Of a DNA stretch of 64,000 nucleotides, positions 1 to 13,400 are shown in pieces. Positions within the stretch are counted from its first letter, which is position 1, and each line of letters starts with the position of its first letter. The notes below the pieces were generated by a model. That model ran no database searches, had not been told where the DNA came from, and saw nothing but the letters and a program-made list of their open reading frames with translations. The DNA comes from Chara braunii (taxonomy: Eukaryota; Plantae; Charophyceae). The DNA is taken from NCBI GenBank assembly GCA_003427395.1, contig BFEA01000003.1:622671-686670 (forward strand). Direction: 5' to 3'. A program made the position numbers and the translations under genes.

Positions 1-106
1 TTTTTTTTTTCTCGTCTTTTTTGTTTTTGATTTTTGAAAAATCCTTTCGAAGGTAAAAAATAAAAAAATAAAATGGGGTTGTAGATCTTTTCAAGATCTA
101 CAACCC

Positions 107-133
107 CATATATATATATATATATATATATAT
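107..133. repeat. (TA)n microsatellite
   Basis: Run of atatat... read directly. Confidence 0.9.
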
Positions 134-249
134 TTTTGCCCCCAAATCACTGTCATACGGTCGTCGTCCGTGCGCCAGTACAGCCGTCTGTACGTCCGTA
201 CGCACGGGCCGTACTGAGACCCCCCGTACGACGTACGGGGGACGACACT

Positions 250-2469
250 GGTCATGAGATATCCGCGGAAGGGTTGAAGCCCGATGACGCGAAGGTGGCC
301 AACATTCGTGATTAGCCACGTCCTCAGTCTGTGACTGAGATGAGATCTTTCTTAGGAATGATAGATTACTATAGGACCTTCGTTAAGAACTATAGTATAG
401 TGGCCGCTCCTTTGACTGATCTGACGTGACTTGACACCCTATGGGAGTGGACAGATGAGTGCGAGGCTGCTTTCAAACATCTGAAGCATGCGTTGACGCA
501 CTACGAGGTCTTGAAACTTCCTGATCCTGATAAGCCGTTTATAGTCACCACGGATGCCAGCCAATATGGCATTGGTGCCGTGCTCGCGCGGCAGGAGGGG
601 CCAAAGTTGAGGCCTGTAGAGTATATGTCCAAGAAAATGCCGTCTCAGAAATTGGCTAAGTCCACCTATGAGAAGGAACTCTATGCAGTTTACAAGGTTC
701 TGACCCATTAGGCACTATCTCCTTGGGAGGTTCTTCATCCTTTGGACTGATCATCAGACCCTGCGATGAATGAGAACTCAGCCGGTGCTCTCTGACGCTC
801 TCAAGCGTTGGATCGAAGTCATTGAGCAATATGACTTTGACCCCCCGTATCTGAAAGGGGAGTACAACAAGGTTGTTGATGCCTTGTCGCGTAGACTTGA
901 TTTTTTAAGTGCGATGATTACTGAGTTCGATCTGACGGACAATGTTACTCAATCCTTGGTGGAAGCCTATCGTGAGGACCAGTTCATGTCTGAGATCATA
1001 CGCAGACTGCAGGCGAAGGACAAAAAGACCTCTGCCGAGTTTGAATTGGTCAATGGCTTGCTGTTCCTTGAGAAGGCAGGGAATAAACAATTGTGTGTCC
1101 CTAATAGCGAGTCTTTGCGTAGTTTATTTTTAGGTGAGTGTCATGATGCCACCGGCCATTTTGGATACAAGAAGACCGCAGCTAATCTGCTGCAGCGGTT
1201 CTGGTGGCCCACGATCATGCGAGATGCCCAACTGCACGTGGAGATTTGTCAAGTCTGTCAGCGGGACAGCCACGCACGCAGACTCCTCTTGGGCTACTGA
1301 AGCCCCTTCCGATTCCGGAACGGCCTGGTGAGAGCATGTCCATGGACTTCATGGATACTCTGGTCACCAGTAAGAGTGGGATGCGACACATCTTCGTCAT
1401 TGTGGATAGATTTAGTAAGTATGCTAGATTAGTAGCAATGCCGGAAACAGCAAGAACGGAGTATGTGATCCGAATGTTCAAAGAGAACAGGGTTAGAGAC
1501 TTTGGTTTACCGAAGTCTATTATTAGTGACAGGGATGTCCGATTTACCAGTGAACTGTGGAAGACCGTTGCTGCAGAGCAGGGAACCCAATTGCAAATGA
1601 CTTATGGGAACAACCCAGAGGCCAACAGCCAGGCCGAGCAACTGAACCGCGTTGTACAACATCTGTTGAGGCATTACATTAAGCCCAACCAGGTGGACTG
1701 GGATGAGAAGCTCGCTCTCATCGCCAGTTTGTACAACAATGCGGTACATAGCGCCAACGGGGTGAGCCCGAACAGTTTGCTATTGACTTTCAAACCTAGA
1801 CTACCCTTAGACTTTCGCCTCCCTAAGAATCAGTCAACTACTGCACCAGGTACAGTAACTCTGGAATTTGCTTACCAGTATGAACAGAAGATGCAGCACG
1901 TTGTAGAACAGATGCAAAAGGCACAGGCGGCTATGATAGAATCTGCGAACAAACACCGCCGCGAGTCTTCATTTCAGGTTGGAGATAGAGTATGGGTTAA
2001 GTCCTCCGAACTGGGACAGGAGCACGGGATCTCCCAGAAGCTCATGCCACAGTACTTTGGACCATGGGAAGTCTTAGATATTGTTGGGACTGATCCGGAT
2101 GGACCTTCTTACGTAATCCGGATCCCTGGTCATCTTCGCACTTACCCTGTCTTTCACGCCTCCAAGCTTGCACCTTTCAAGGAAACAAATCAGTTTCCAT
2201 CTCGTCGTTCCATGCTGCCCCCAACCATGGATGGAGAGGTCGACATTGGCGATATTGTTGATCACCGGGAGCTGCCAATGCCAAGGACAACAGGCAGAGG
2301 GCGTCCTCCAAAACCAAAGCTGCAGTACCGCGTTCGGTTTCGACATCATACTGATCCGAAGGAGGACCGCTGGTTTACCAGGGATGAACTCATGCAGACC
2401 ACTCCGCAAGTGGTGGCCCACTATGAGAAATCTCTGCAGAAAGGGAAGCGCCCGATGGTCGAAGACTGA
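250..2469 (+). pseudogene. pol: Ty3/gypsy pol remnant: RT C-terminus, RNase H, integrase (HHCC + core), chromodomain-like tail
   Basis: GHEISAEGLKPD..RSFLGM (RT end); PFIVTTDASQYGIGAVL..YEKEL (RNase H); CHDATGHFG..CQVCQ (Zn finger); SMDF, SDRDVRFTS, QAEQLN (core); YFGPW (GPY/F); DIVDHRE..YRVRF..DRW (chromo-like). Several in-frame stops and a frameshift near 1270. Confidence 0.95.
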
Positions 2470-2493
2470 GCTTCTCCGAGGACTATTGAAGCT

Positions 2494-2506
2494 AAGGAGG
2501 AGGGAA
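2494..2506 (+). promoter_or_regulatory. Polypurine tract of the gypsy element
   Basis: aaggaggagggaa just after the pol stop and directly before TG. Confidence 0.8.
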
Positions 2507-3242
2507 TGTGAGGTCACTGCCTCTATGATCCCCACTCAGCCCCTTTTTGGGAGCCTGTCGGCCGCCCTAAGTGAAGGCAGGCTCGACGAGGCCCCTCAGG
2601 GCCTTATTTCGGCCTCTGCGCAACTCAAGGAAATTCAGGCAGTTGCGTAGCGTCAGTTGGTTGAGAGAACCCAGGCCCTGGGCCACCTACGTGAATGATT
2701 GGAAAGCAGGCCCTGGGCTAGATACGGGTACTAGGCTGAACACAGGCCGAGGCAGCTGGGCGCATGCAACCAACTCAGGCGCAAGGCCTGTTCTTGCACA
2801 TGCTGGGCCTCAGGCTGCTGGGGCCTACTGGAAGCTTCGTGGGACTGAACGCAGGCAGGCCACTTCGATATAGCAAAGGGCCTGCCTCCTCATTCGATAT
2901 TCGGGTGCTGGCTGCATGTTGCGCAAGCGCTGCTGTGCTATTTGTTGGCAGGGACTCACGCTCTCACGGGCGAGCAGGAAGGGGTGGGCAGCCATAGCCA
3001 AGTTGCTCCGCTGTGAGCTGGGTGTGGCGCAGGGTGGTCCTTGGGTGCTAGTGGCATCTGTGTGTTGGGGAACGAGGTTGTGAGTGTGGCAAGAGACATA
3101 CCTGGTGCTGGAAGCGTGCGACATTGGTCGTTGTATGCTCGTACTTCGGGAAAGCTGTTGACGTCATCTTTCGGCATCGTAGTATAGGCTAGATAGGATC
3201 TGCCACAAGTAGTCTGGGCGCCGAGCGCCAGATAGGATATCA
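2507..3242 (+). mobile_element. 3' LTR of the gypsy element (end approximate)
   Basis: Starts TGTGA directly after the PPT; candidate end ..atatCA at 3242 where composition changes; no partner LTR in the window to confirm. Confidence 0.55.
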
Positions 3243-3530
3243 ACTCTGGTTCTTCGTTGATGATGATGGGACTATTTCACCATTGTCAATTATGAACTCT
3301 TGGTGTGTTCTTATTTGGTGAATCTCGTGATGCAATTCTGCTGTTGGTTTGAGGTCACGACTATCTGGACTCATATGTAGGATGCTGTTTGATTGCTGAA
3401 GTTCGCTATTGCTCATCTTCCTTGCAAATGGGGTGTCTTAGAAAAAAAATAAGATAAAATTTGGGGGTGGAGGTGGGCGGGGTGTTGGCGCAGGGCCCTG
3501 CGGGAAACAAGGCCCGACCGTTTTTTTTTN

Positions 3531-3573
<43 letters not shown>

Positions 3574-4109
3574 TAGTATGGCGCTGGCAGCCTGCCGCAG
3601 TGTCATGATGTCATCATAGTATCATCATAATTGTTTGTTTTAGGGCCCAGAACAGCCTGCGAATGCCCCACACGGCCGACGAAAGCCATGCCTAACACAA
3701 CCGAACTTGATTTTTAGTTTTTTTCCAATAAAATTAAAAATATAATTCTGATCGAAAAAAAAAATAAAAAAAATATGGGCAGGTGCCCGTTGCCATGGAG
3801 CACAAACGTGTGCAAATAAAACACCCCCCAATATGCCAAAAAAAAAAAAAAAACGGAGTTCCCGCTCTGTGTGAACTCCGTGAACTCCAACCAGTCACGA
3901 AAAACGTGACCAGTGACCGGCCCGCGTTCACCAGGGCCGTGAACGGTGAACGGGGGTACGACACTGCTTGCCGCACCGACCTGGTCAGTTGCAAAAAGCC
4001 TGATCTCACAACGTTCACCTGCATGCATGTTCTAGCGGATGTTAGGAGCATTCTGGTCCATCTGCAAAACTTTCCCCCAATACCCCTCCAAAGAAGACTG
4101 CAGAAAAAA

Positions 4110-4872
4110 ACTCCCATCTCACCTGGTCGTAGGCTTTCTTAAGGTCAATTGTTATAAAAGCCAATGACTGATTGCAGACTTCCGCGTGCTTCAGGACCTG
4201 CCTCGCAAAAATGATGTTAGACTCTATCTGCCGTCCTGGGACAAACCCCGCCTGAGATGGGTTGATAATACGCGGTAGCACCACATTCAGGCGGTTTGCA
4301 GGGACTTTAGCCAGCAGCTTGTAAGTGGCATTCAGGATCAAGATCGGCTGCCAGTTTTTGACATCCACTCTTTCACCTTTTTTGTATATTAACACCACAA
4401 ACGCATCTGCAAAGCCCACTGGAATTTGTTCCTTCTGCAATGCCTCGTTAAAAGCTCTGGTAAGGATTGGCACAAAGAAGGGGCGCGCAGCCTTGTACAT
4501 TTCGACCGGGATTCCGTCAACTCCTGGTGCCTTAAGTCTTGGCAGCTCATCGATCGCCTTCAGTATCTCTTCCAAAGTAATGTCCTCCTCAAGGGGCTCG
4601 GCTTGTTTCTGGGTCAATCCACCCGACACATGCTTCCAGATGTGCTCTCGGGGGTCCTTCGCCATTTGATCGGCCGACCAGTCCTCGTCCTCCGTAGAGA
4701 GGTTTGCGTAATAGTCCGTCACGCAATTCATGATACCTACTGTTGTCTCTTGTCTTGGCCTTTGCAGATCAAATGGGTGGTCCATGGCTGTAATCAGGGC
4801 AATCCCTTGCATTTTTCCCAACTTTTTAAAGAACCGCCTTGACATCTTCTCACCTACCATGGACCACCCCAC
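4110..4872 (-). pseudogene. LINE ORF2 reverse transcriptase (N-terminal part)
   Basis: KAPGVDGIP, LIYKKG..NWQPI.ILN.TYK, QAGFVPGR, IDLKKAYDQV.WEF; truncated before YADD. Confidence 0.92.
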
Positions 4873-5165
4873 CCTCGATCTGCCCCCCCATCGAGCCGCT
4901 TCGACTATCTCCCACTCCTTCCATTCCCTTACAGCCTCTAGCCTCTCACCCCACCATTCCTCATCCGACTGATTATCTCTTGGACCCCTGTTCAGTGCGT
5001 TAAGACGGTCTACATACTTCTGTCCTGTGGCAAGATGAGCACGATAACTACGCGCTAGTCGGTCATGCAGATACCTTCAGAGCAAAGCATTACCTTGGGT
5101 TAACCGTTCCAATTCGTTCATTTCCTGGGGGCGCATCTGTAACCAAGACTCCCAGTGTTGTTGGA

Positions 5166-6022
5166 TCAGCGACTTGTACTCAGGGTTCTGAGAACCCACG
5201 CAGGTATGGAGGGCTGCGGACGTCCTACCATAATATCACCGACTGGAAATGCCGCCACCATTTTCACATGGTCCGAAAGCGCAGTCGGACAGTAGGATAT
5301 CTCGTTGCCGTTCCTGTAAATTGAGTACGAGACCCATACCATATCAATTCTACTGCATCTGTCCACCGATCCGTACCACGTAAACTCCCGCCCCGCAGGT
5401 ACCTATAAGCATCCACACATCCCAGCTCAGTCATCAGCAATTGCAAAGCCTCCACATCCGTTGTGGGTGGGTGCTCCAGGATCGAATCCAGGCCTGGGTG
5501 AATGGTAGTATTAAAGTCCCCCACAAACACATATCCATCAACCTCGGGGATTTTAGTCCTAATATTCTCCCAGAACTCTCTACGCTCCCGAAGGTCCGAT
5601 GGCCCATCCACCGTCATCACACACCAGCGTAATCGCCCCCTTCGTAAAATGACCCATGCCCATCTTCCTTGCCAGTCCCAGTTCCAATCAAATAATTCCC
5701 CCTGGAATTTGGGAGAAATTAGTATGGCAACACCCCCCTGCGTGGCCCTATCTGTTCTGCCTTGAGTCGGAGCCCACACGTGAGGTCCTCTCCACCAAGG
5801 GACATCCTGCACGCACAGTCCTTCCCCCAACTTCGTTTCTTGAAGACAGACAACATCAGCCTGGTTCCTTCGCACTGTGCGCTGCAATTCCCACCTCTTC
5901 GGATTCAAGGAGCGCGATGATAGCCCCTTTACGTTCCAGGACAGTACCTTCAACTTCGTAGGCCGGGCACGTTGGTCCATTTCTCTTATCCCTAGTCTGT
6001 AAGATCCGCTGGCAGCGACCAC
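5166..6022 (-). pseudogene. LINE ORF2 apurinic-like endonuclease domain
   Basis: SWNVKGL, CLQETK, GGVAIL, VGDFN, SRID, SDH motifs; frameshifted near 5370. Confidence 0.92.
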
Positions 6023-6320
6023 AGATCATGAGGAAGACCTCCTCCCTCACGAGAAAGGAGAGACAGAACAACGAAAGTCGACAAAACAAAAAACACAATA
6101 CCAAAGGAAAAGCAAAAAATGAACACAGACCCTTCTAAAGAAGAAAAACAGCCTTATCGTCGGGAGGGAGTGCACCCATCCTGAGGCACTCCATAATTAA
6201 CACAGCTCCTATTTCCATAATCACTACTCCCTATCACTAAACGTCGCCCACCAATCCTTAGCATTATGGAAATTCGCAGAACCCACCCGCTGCTCCTCTG
6301 GAAGCATCGAGTTGACCTTA

Positions 6321-6401
6321 GAGTGCAAACTGTTCACACTTAGACGTGCATGGCTTAGTCTTTGAGTCAGGCATATGACTACTGGCAGGATCAACCAGGT
6401 A
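6321..6401 (-). rRNA. 18S: 18S rRNA 5' end fragment (~nt 1-81), diverged pseudogene
   Basis: Minus strand reads TACCTGGTTGATCCTGCCAGTAGTCATATGCCTGACTCAAAGACTAAGCCATGCACGTCTAAGT. Confidence 0.95.
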
Positions 6402-8029
6402 GCGGGTGTAACGAGCAGCCGCAAGGAGTGATGGCTGAGGCGCACGTAAGCACGTCACGCCGGCCAGCCTACCGAAAGAATGGTGAACAATCGTGGAACG
6501 TGCAATGAGCTGCCGAGACATCATGAAGTCCGGCTGTTTGAATTGCAGGTGAACTTCCCCTCTGTAGGCCAGCTCCAACGCCAAGGTACCACACAATCCA
6601 ACACAGCGCGCCGCACCCGCTCACAAGATTGGCTGCGAACAACATCCGCCCACACCACACCCTGAGATCGCAAGATAACCACACTCTCCGAACAACAGCG
6701 TGCGCGAAGGAACCACCGACCACTTCGGCCCACAGCCGGATGCCACCGCCCACCCAAAACGTCCTGACAGCGAAGTGCACCGCCTCATCTCTGCATCGAG
6801 AAATGCGAGCCAGGAGAGAAACGAATGTACCACGCATCCAACATGTTCGAACGGACGAAAAACCTCCACCTGTGCACGGGGACGCAAAAGGAACACCCCT
6901 TCCCCCCTGGATCCACGTGCGCCTGTTGCTGCGGGCACCACCAATAGAACTCGACGCAGACGAAACCAGGAGACAGAGAGCAGTACCCTTCACAGCCCAC
7001 AACCTAAACACAGCGGAACCGCAATGCAACACGATCCGTCACGGTGTGCAACCTACCGAGACCACAGCATGGGGGACACGACGGGCACAAGCGCGCATTG
7101 CAACAAGTCGGGCGGATGACAGGCCCAACCTCGCGATGCTGTCGGCGGATGCATCACGCATCCCACAAGTCTCCGCCCTCGCATATGGTAAGCAATGGGT
7201 GCAGGGCCGAGGCCACCTGCGCCACCGCTCAATGGCGCGCTCGGATGGCGAAGAGCGCAGAGCCTCCTCACCAAGTCTTGACTCCCCCTCAACACAAACG
7301 GAACGCTCCGTTGTGAGTGTGGACACGAAGACGACAACACAACAAAGCCCCAACCGCTCTCCCTGAAACCGACGGGATGAGGGTGTCGAAGCTGAGAGTC
7401 GGTGACAGGCACCTCCGCCTGCACCACCTGCAAACGACCACCAACTGGACCACCGGCGACGATCAGGCGTTAATCATCGCAAGAAGAGTGGAGAGCCTAC
7501 TCGCCAAGTCACAACACCCCCTCAACACAAACGCGACGCACCGTTGTGAGTGCGGACACAAAGACGACACCACAACAAGACCGCAACCGCTCTCCCCGAA
7601 GCCCACGAGATAAGGGTGCCAAAGCTGAGAGTCGATGGCGGGCACCTCCGCCTCCACCACCTGCAAACGACCAGCAATCGGACCGCCATCACTGATCAAG
7701 GGCCAATCATCGCAAGAGAATGAGCGAGGGTGAACGCAACAATCCACAACCCAGCACCACGGCATAGGAAAGCCCCGACAGCCGCGACCGACGCCAGCGA
7801 CGAGCGAGCTGTCGTGAACGCCCTCCGAGAGAGACGACCAGAGGCCCGCACGGCGCCGCAAAAATGTTCGCTCGACCACATGAGAACGACTCGCCCGTCC
7901 CTCGCAAACTGGAAACCACCCAAAGCGTCTGCAAAGAATCCCTCGAACCTCAAGTACAAGGTCCCAAAACCCACACCCGAAACCTCGCCATCGTCGACTA
8001 CAAGGGGCCTGCTAAGCATGCAGTCCCCT
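6402..8029 (-). other. rDNA 5' external transcribed spacer (inferred)
   Basis: GC-rich region directly upstream of the 18S start, containing subrepeats and bounded by a TIS-like motif. Confidence 0.65.
7255..7725. repeat. Two diverged tandem ~235-bp subrepeats in the ETS
   Basis: ccccctcaacacaaacg..ccgttgtgagtg.ggacac..gctgagagtcg..caccacctgcaaacgacca..aatcatcgcaag present twice. Confidence 0.88.
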
Positions 8030-8034
8030 ATAAG
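8025..8034 (-). promoter_or_regulatory. Candidate RNA Pol I transcription initiation site
   Basis: Minus strand CTTATAGGGG resembles the plant TIS TATATAGGGG and lies ~1.6 kb upstream of 18S in the correct orientation. Confidence 0.5.
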
Positions 8035-9502
8035 AGTGCAAACGGGACTCCAAACCGCGACTGTTTGGCACATCCGGAGGGTGCTCATTGAGCTATCCGC
8101 CAAGGGACCTGCACATGTCCCTTTTCAGCAAGATCACCAAACAGACCCCAATGGAGATGTCCCGGTCGGGACCTCATCCGTTTTTGCTCTCAATAAAACG
8201 TCTCTGGACCTTGGAACCTGGGAGACCCACTTTTCTCGGGGTCGTTCCTACGCCCAAGTGGCAGTGCGTGGTATCTGCTGCCCCCAGAAAATTCGACACC
8301 TCAAAAGTCCATCCCATCTCCGTCCCTTCCAACACAAAGGGATAAGGCGCAGGACCAGGAAAAAAAAAAAAAAAAAAAAAAAAAGACGAAACAAACAGAG
8401 AAAAGGCCAAGCAGCTTCTGTGCCTAACGACACAGATCACGCCATGGTGCGGGGGTGAAAAGTTTACGAAAGTCTACCAGAATCGTGCGTTCGTTGTGGG
8501 GTTATGTATTGGCAAACATGACCGGACACACACTCCAAAAAAAGAAGGGGGGAAAGAAAAGTCAAGGATGACTTGACAAATTCGTCATTTCAATTTGTGT
8601 CGGCCCCGAAGAAAACATTATCCGGCAGAACACGCGAGGCCGAAAACCCGACGGCCATAAATATTTCAGTGCATGTCCCGGAGAACACCATAGAGCCAAT
8701 CAGGTACTGCCTCCAGTGAACCAGCCCGCCATGATCATGCGCACTCGCGGGGAGGGCCGAATAGGGCAAGAAGTGGGTCGTTTGCCCCCGCCATGAACAT
8801 CATTGCACGCACACTGTCGCACTTTTTCCCAGTCGAGTCTCTACGGGCGACCAGAAAGCCAACAGGCTGTCACTCAGGTTTTTGGTGTCATTTGCAATAA
8901 ATAAAATTAATTAAATAGAGCAAATCCCTTCCTGTTGTGTGCGTCCGGCTTCGAGCGAGACCCTTCAATTGCGGTTTTCACAGGACCCCGGTCTTAGGAA
9001 TCTTTGATTATGATGCGGAACAACAATGTTAATGAAGATAATAAAAATTAAATTAAATACGCCATGTGTGTTTCAAGATGCCAATTTACTAACTTTGAGA
9101 ACTGTGACGGGAACATCAGAGAATGCAATCATCAGCAGAGCAATGCAAAGAAGCAAGACTGACAGACTCGAGCACATACAAAGTTAAGTGAGGGAAGAAT
9201 GAGAACTCATAATAGTCTCAGAAAGTACACATGTAGGGAGCATGGTCAGCACCAGTCTAGAGTCCCCATGCGTCCCTCAGAACCTCACACTCAATCTCTC
9301 ATCATGTTTGATAATTGCTGCTCCTTTGACCTTCTCTGGTTCACTAAACTGTCTCAGTAATGTGGTTATTTCGGTTGCTGCTCGTTTTCTAATAGTGTAC
9401 TGCATGTACAATTATGACCAGTTTCTAATCAGGTTCATCCTCCCCAGTCTGTCTTTGTTTGATACTTGCGCGTTTTCTCTTGAAGTCGGTGACTAAATCC
9501 TC

Positions 9503-10433
9503 TTACTGATCACTAGCGATAGTTTTCCTTGCTTCCTCAATAGACCCCACATATGAAAGGGTGTTGTGCAATTTTCCATTTGACCCATGAATGTAGCAGG
9601 TGTACTCAATAAGTGTTTGATCCTTCACTAACGTCAGAGCGCGTTCCATCATGAGTCTCGTTAGGTAGCGAAGATCATGCGCCACCCTTTCTTCCAAACC
9701 TTTTTTTTTGTCTTGGTGCAGCGTGCATGTCACACTGAAAGTGTCCCCCCTTCCCATCTCTCTGCACAGTCCCATAGCATTGAAGACGGCAAGGTAGTAC
9801 TTGTGTGCTGAATGGAGGTTGATCTGAGCGTCTGCAGAAAGAATACTGCTCGATTGATGGTAGTGAGAGTAAACTGAGAGATCATGAGACGATTGATTAA
9901 GGTCGCCATTCTCCGCTACTGGGGTAGGGTAGTTCACTTGAGGACCACTTGAGAGAGTTGGTTGGTTGTCTTTTTCGTCTGAATTGTACTCCTTGAAATC
10001 CTATATGATCATCACTCAAGACTCTGCACGGAATAATATTGGCATCTTCCTCTTCAACATTCCATCGGTGAGGGTTGATGTACTGGACAAAACATCAGAA
10101 GTGGCAATACCACTAAGACGAATCTCAGATCGTCGCTTCCTTTTGGAGACAAATCTACTTCAAGTAATACACAAGAGGTCAATAGTGGTGGAATCTACCA
10201 GAATAGTACATCCAGTACCATTGGTAAAGAATCTCATGAGGATAACTCTCCTTATAAAATCGTTTAGTACCCCTCACCCTCAAGTACAGCGACGAAATGT
10301 GATTGGCAGCAGATCACCCTCTGGTTTTCAGGAGCTTCGCAATGACACTTTGATAACGACCATAATAAGAAGTTGTACGGGCCTGGCCCCTGCTTTGGAG
10401 TCAGGACCTAGCCCAGGTCGGGTCTCACACTAA
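9503..10433 (-). pseudogene. Decayed ORF of unknown function inside the LTR-like element
   Basis: 144-aa ORF 9503-9937 extends upstream in the same frame through a few stops; no family recognised. Confidence 0.4.
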
Positions 10434-13400
10434 ATCTGCTTTAGCAGAGTCGGCTCGGCTGTCGCACATGACTTTTCATGATGCTCAATATGGTTACAAG
10501 TCCAACTTTTATGCCACACGAGATCATGGTCTTAGAGTGCGTAGACTCCGTACAGCATTTTCTGAACAAATTATGATCAACAACTTTTTTTTTTTTTGAA
10601 TAACCCAGTATTTTGAAATGCAACACTAGTCTCCATCAATCAGGTATTTTCCGAGCAGGTATGCAACCTTCCTAAGGTCCGCACGCCTTTTACCCATCTA
10701 ACATTTATAGCTAGGCGATAACTCAACAATGCCTTTGCTTTATAATCCACTCAACCTCAAAACTTTCCCCTTTTCTGGAGAGACAGATTAACTCGGATTA
10801 TTAGATTAGAGCTTCATTAATGAGCCCCTAAAGATCAGTGTTCATTGCAAAGCTCGCCCAAATCAGTTAAGTCTCACAGGTGAAACACATTTTCAAAAGA
10901 AGAGCAATTCAAACAAAAAGAGGGGAATTCGAGAGTCTGACAGGAGCACGCAAGAATATTTCACTTTTGTGCATGCTTCTTTCCAAGTCCTCGCCTGAAC
11001 CTCACTCACAGATCACCGGAGTATCTTTGACAATTCAGTTCAGAACTAGTCCTACCGGCGCTCGCTTGAGAGACCGATGAGTAATGCTCTCAGCCTATAA
11101 GTGTAATGCTTGACGGGAACGAATGTAAAGTGTCTTAAGCTGCAAGCATAAATGATCGCTTTCTCAAACAGATAGGAGTGATCGAAACCTTTTTTTACAA
11201 CAAAATGGCGACATCTCATGTGTAGTAAACCGCTCATACGGATGCGAGTCTTCAGCTAGCACTGTTTTCCTTTTTACGTTCTAAGACTGACCTGGTACTC
11301 ATGAGTCATCGAGTAAGTCCTAGTTACAAGGACGGCGACAAAGAGTTGCTTTTCCCTGTTAGCACGATCATATCAGCATAGTGACAGTTACAGCCGACCT
11401 TAATGACCGATACAGAGCCTTCCCAGTGGCCACTGGATAAGGCTCCTGACCAAGAAGCCTCGTACTGACCAACAAAAGCACTGCGAGTAATGCCAGGGGC
11501 AAACCTGAGTACTAAAACGTGAATGAATAGGCGACAACGGTCGCACGCCTTCTCCTGGTTCAAACATGCCTCAATCAGTTAGCGGCTCGTCATCAAGACC
11601 TCCCACGCCGTCACACGTGCTCAGACCCGTAGTTAGTGTGTAGCACTCCCTTGATACTTTGTGATTTTGTTTCCCTTAGACACTCCTGGAGGTAATGGTT
11701 GGTGAGAGTTCGCGCTTAACGGTGACTACCCTAGCCCCTGCCCGCTATCAAAACGCTCGGTTACCACTGGTATGTCCACACGTTTCTACTTTGCGAGCAT
11801 GAGATGGGTAAAAACAAAATTCACTGGTCACACGATGGGTCCATTCATGATCTCAGACAAGTCTTCTCAACGTAGTAACCAGGCAAAAGAGAGGAGAAGT
11901 AGTCAGGTGTCTTATCTCGTTAGTCGGTCCCTCTCCCTGCACAGGTTACCCATCTCCCTCGACTATCTAGCCCCTCGGCTCACTCAGGCGGCGTAGAGAC
12001 TCGTATTCACGCGAGCAAAACGACCATACAAAGTAATCACAAAGAGAGAGCGTTGGCTCGATCACTGGCAAGTGGACATTCCAACATTTTTTTAACAGGC
12101 TCAATGATAAGTTGCTCGATCTTCCTTTTTCGTGTGGCTCTGACTCTTTAACAGTTTTACCGTGCCAAATCCATGACTCCCCTTCTCATGGGTCATTATC
12201 TACTTCACTTTCTTTGCTACTTACTAGAGCACTGCCCAACAATACTCGTATTGGCTCATCTGCAAAGACTGCAAGTGATCTTTTGTCTCGAAAGGCAAAG
12301 GCAAGTATCGATCTCAGTCGGCAGTTAGTAGTTCCCCTGCGGTATTCAGGTCCTTAATCAACCTTCTCCCTTGCTCCCGTTAAGGGGATCATTCCACTAT
12401 TGCCTAACAACAGCAATCACCATACACTTCTTCACCCTCTCTTTTCCCCTTAGCCTAAGCACCAGTTTCAATCATTCAATAGAATCGTTATGGTATTGCG
12501 CAGCCAGTAACTAAGGAACAAGCGGGGTAGCAACAACGGAGCAGCTCGTACGATAGCAGAGACGAGACAACCAGTTTTCAGAGTAGCTGACGTCAAGGTT
12601 GGGAGTCGAAGCCAAATAATAAACAGAGTTCAAATACTACCCCAAGATCTCATATTGTCGACTTACTGTTCTTCCTTCTCACTCGACGAGCTTCTCGCAC
12701 GTTCCCCCAGTCTCCTCACAGGTAAAGTTAATGAGTAGAGACGGGGCATTAATTGAAAGTTGCGCTTGCTCCACTCGTTTGTGGAATATGCAGCCAGAGT
12801 AAGGCCACCTGTCCCTCCGGAAACGACGTCAGTCACCACCAGTTCCTCGCAACTGTGCTCGTCACAGCTGACCCCTTTCTCTCTCTCTTTCGAACGCGAC
12901 TCTCTCCACTCCGTCAGTAATAACGTCAATGATTGGGTCCAGCCGCAATAGTTGCTCAATAGCCACTTCCACTACGCTGACGTCATCTCACCCCCTTGCA
13001 TGCTCTTCGCACTCCCCTTAGTACGAGTATCTAGGCGCGCTTTCTCTCGCCCTCTCGAGCTCGATCAGAACCAATCGCACCTCTCTCTTAAGTTGGCCAC
13101 CCATTAGATGCCCACGTAGCCCCTCCTCTCTCTTTCTCACACACACCCCAGCTCCTGGTTCACCGCCACAACATCAAGACTCGTCGCGGCTCAGCAGGCA
13201 CAAAGTGCCACGTGAGAACGTGGGGGCAGCGGTTGGCATCAAATGCACCTAGCAAGCTCGTGTCCCACTCATTTCGCTAACCTTCTTTCCATTTCGCTCA
13301 TTCGCCGATTCCCCCTCTTTTTGCTGACCTTCTTTCACTCCCCTGGACTGTGCCACGTGTAGACTGCGTACCGCACATCATCCTTCGTACTCCTTTTTTA

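Larger units (their letters stand above)
4110..6320 (-). mobile_element. L1/Tx1-like non-LTR retrotransposon fragment, truncated at both ends
   Basis: APE endonuclease followed by an RT N-terminal half in ORF2 order; abuts the 18S fragment at ~6320. Confidence 0.9.

Noticed and set aside
6400-8460. Numerous overlapping ORFs up to 245 aa
   Set aside because: GC-rich rDNA spacer; no recognisable domains
9503-9937. Possible endogenous viral protein
   Set aside because: No viral motif recognisable; cannot be supported without a profile search
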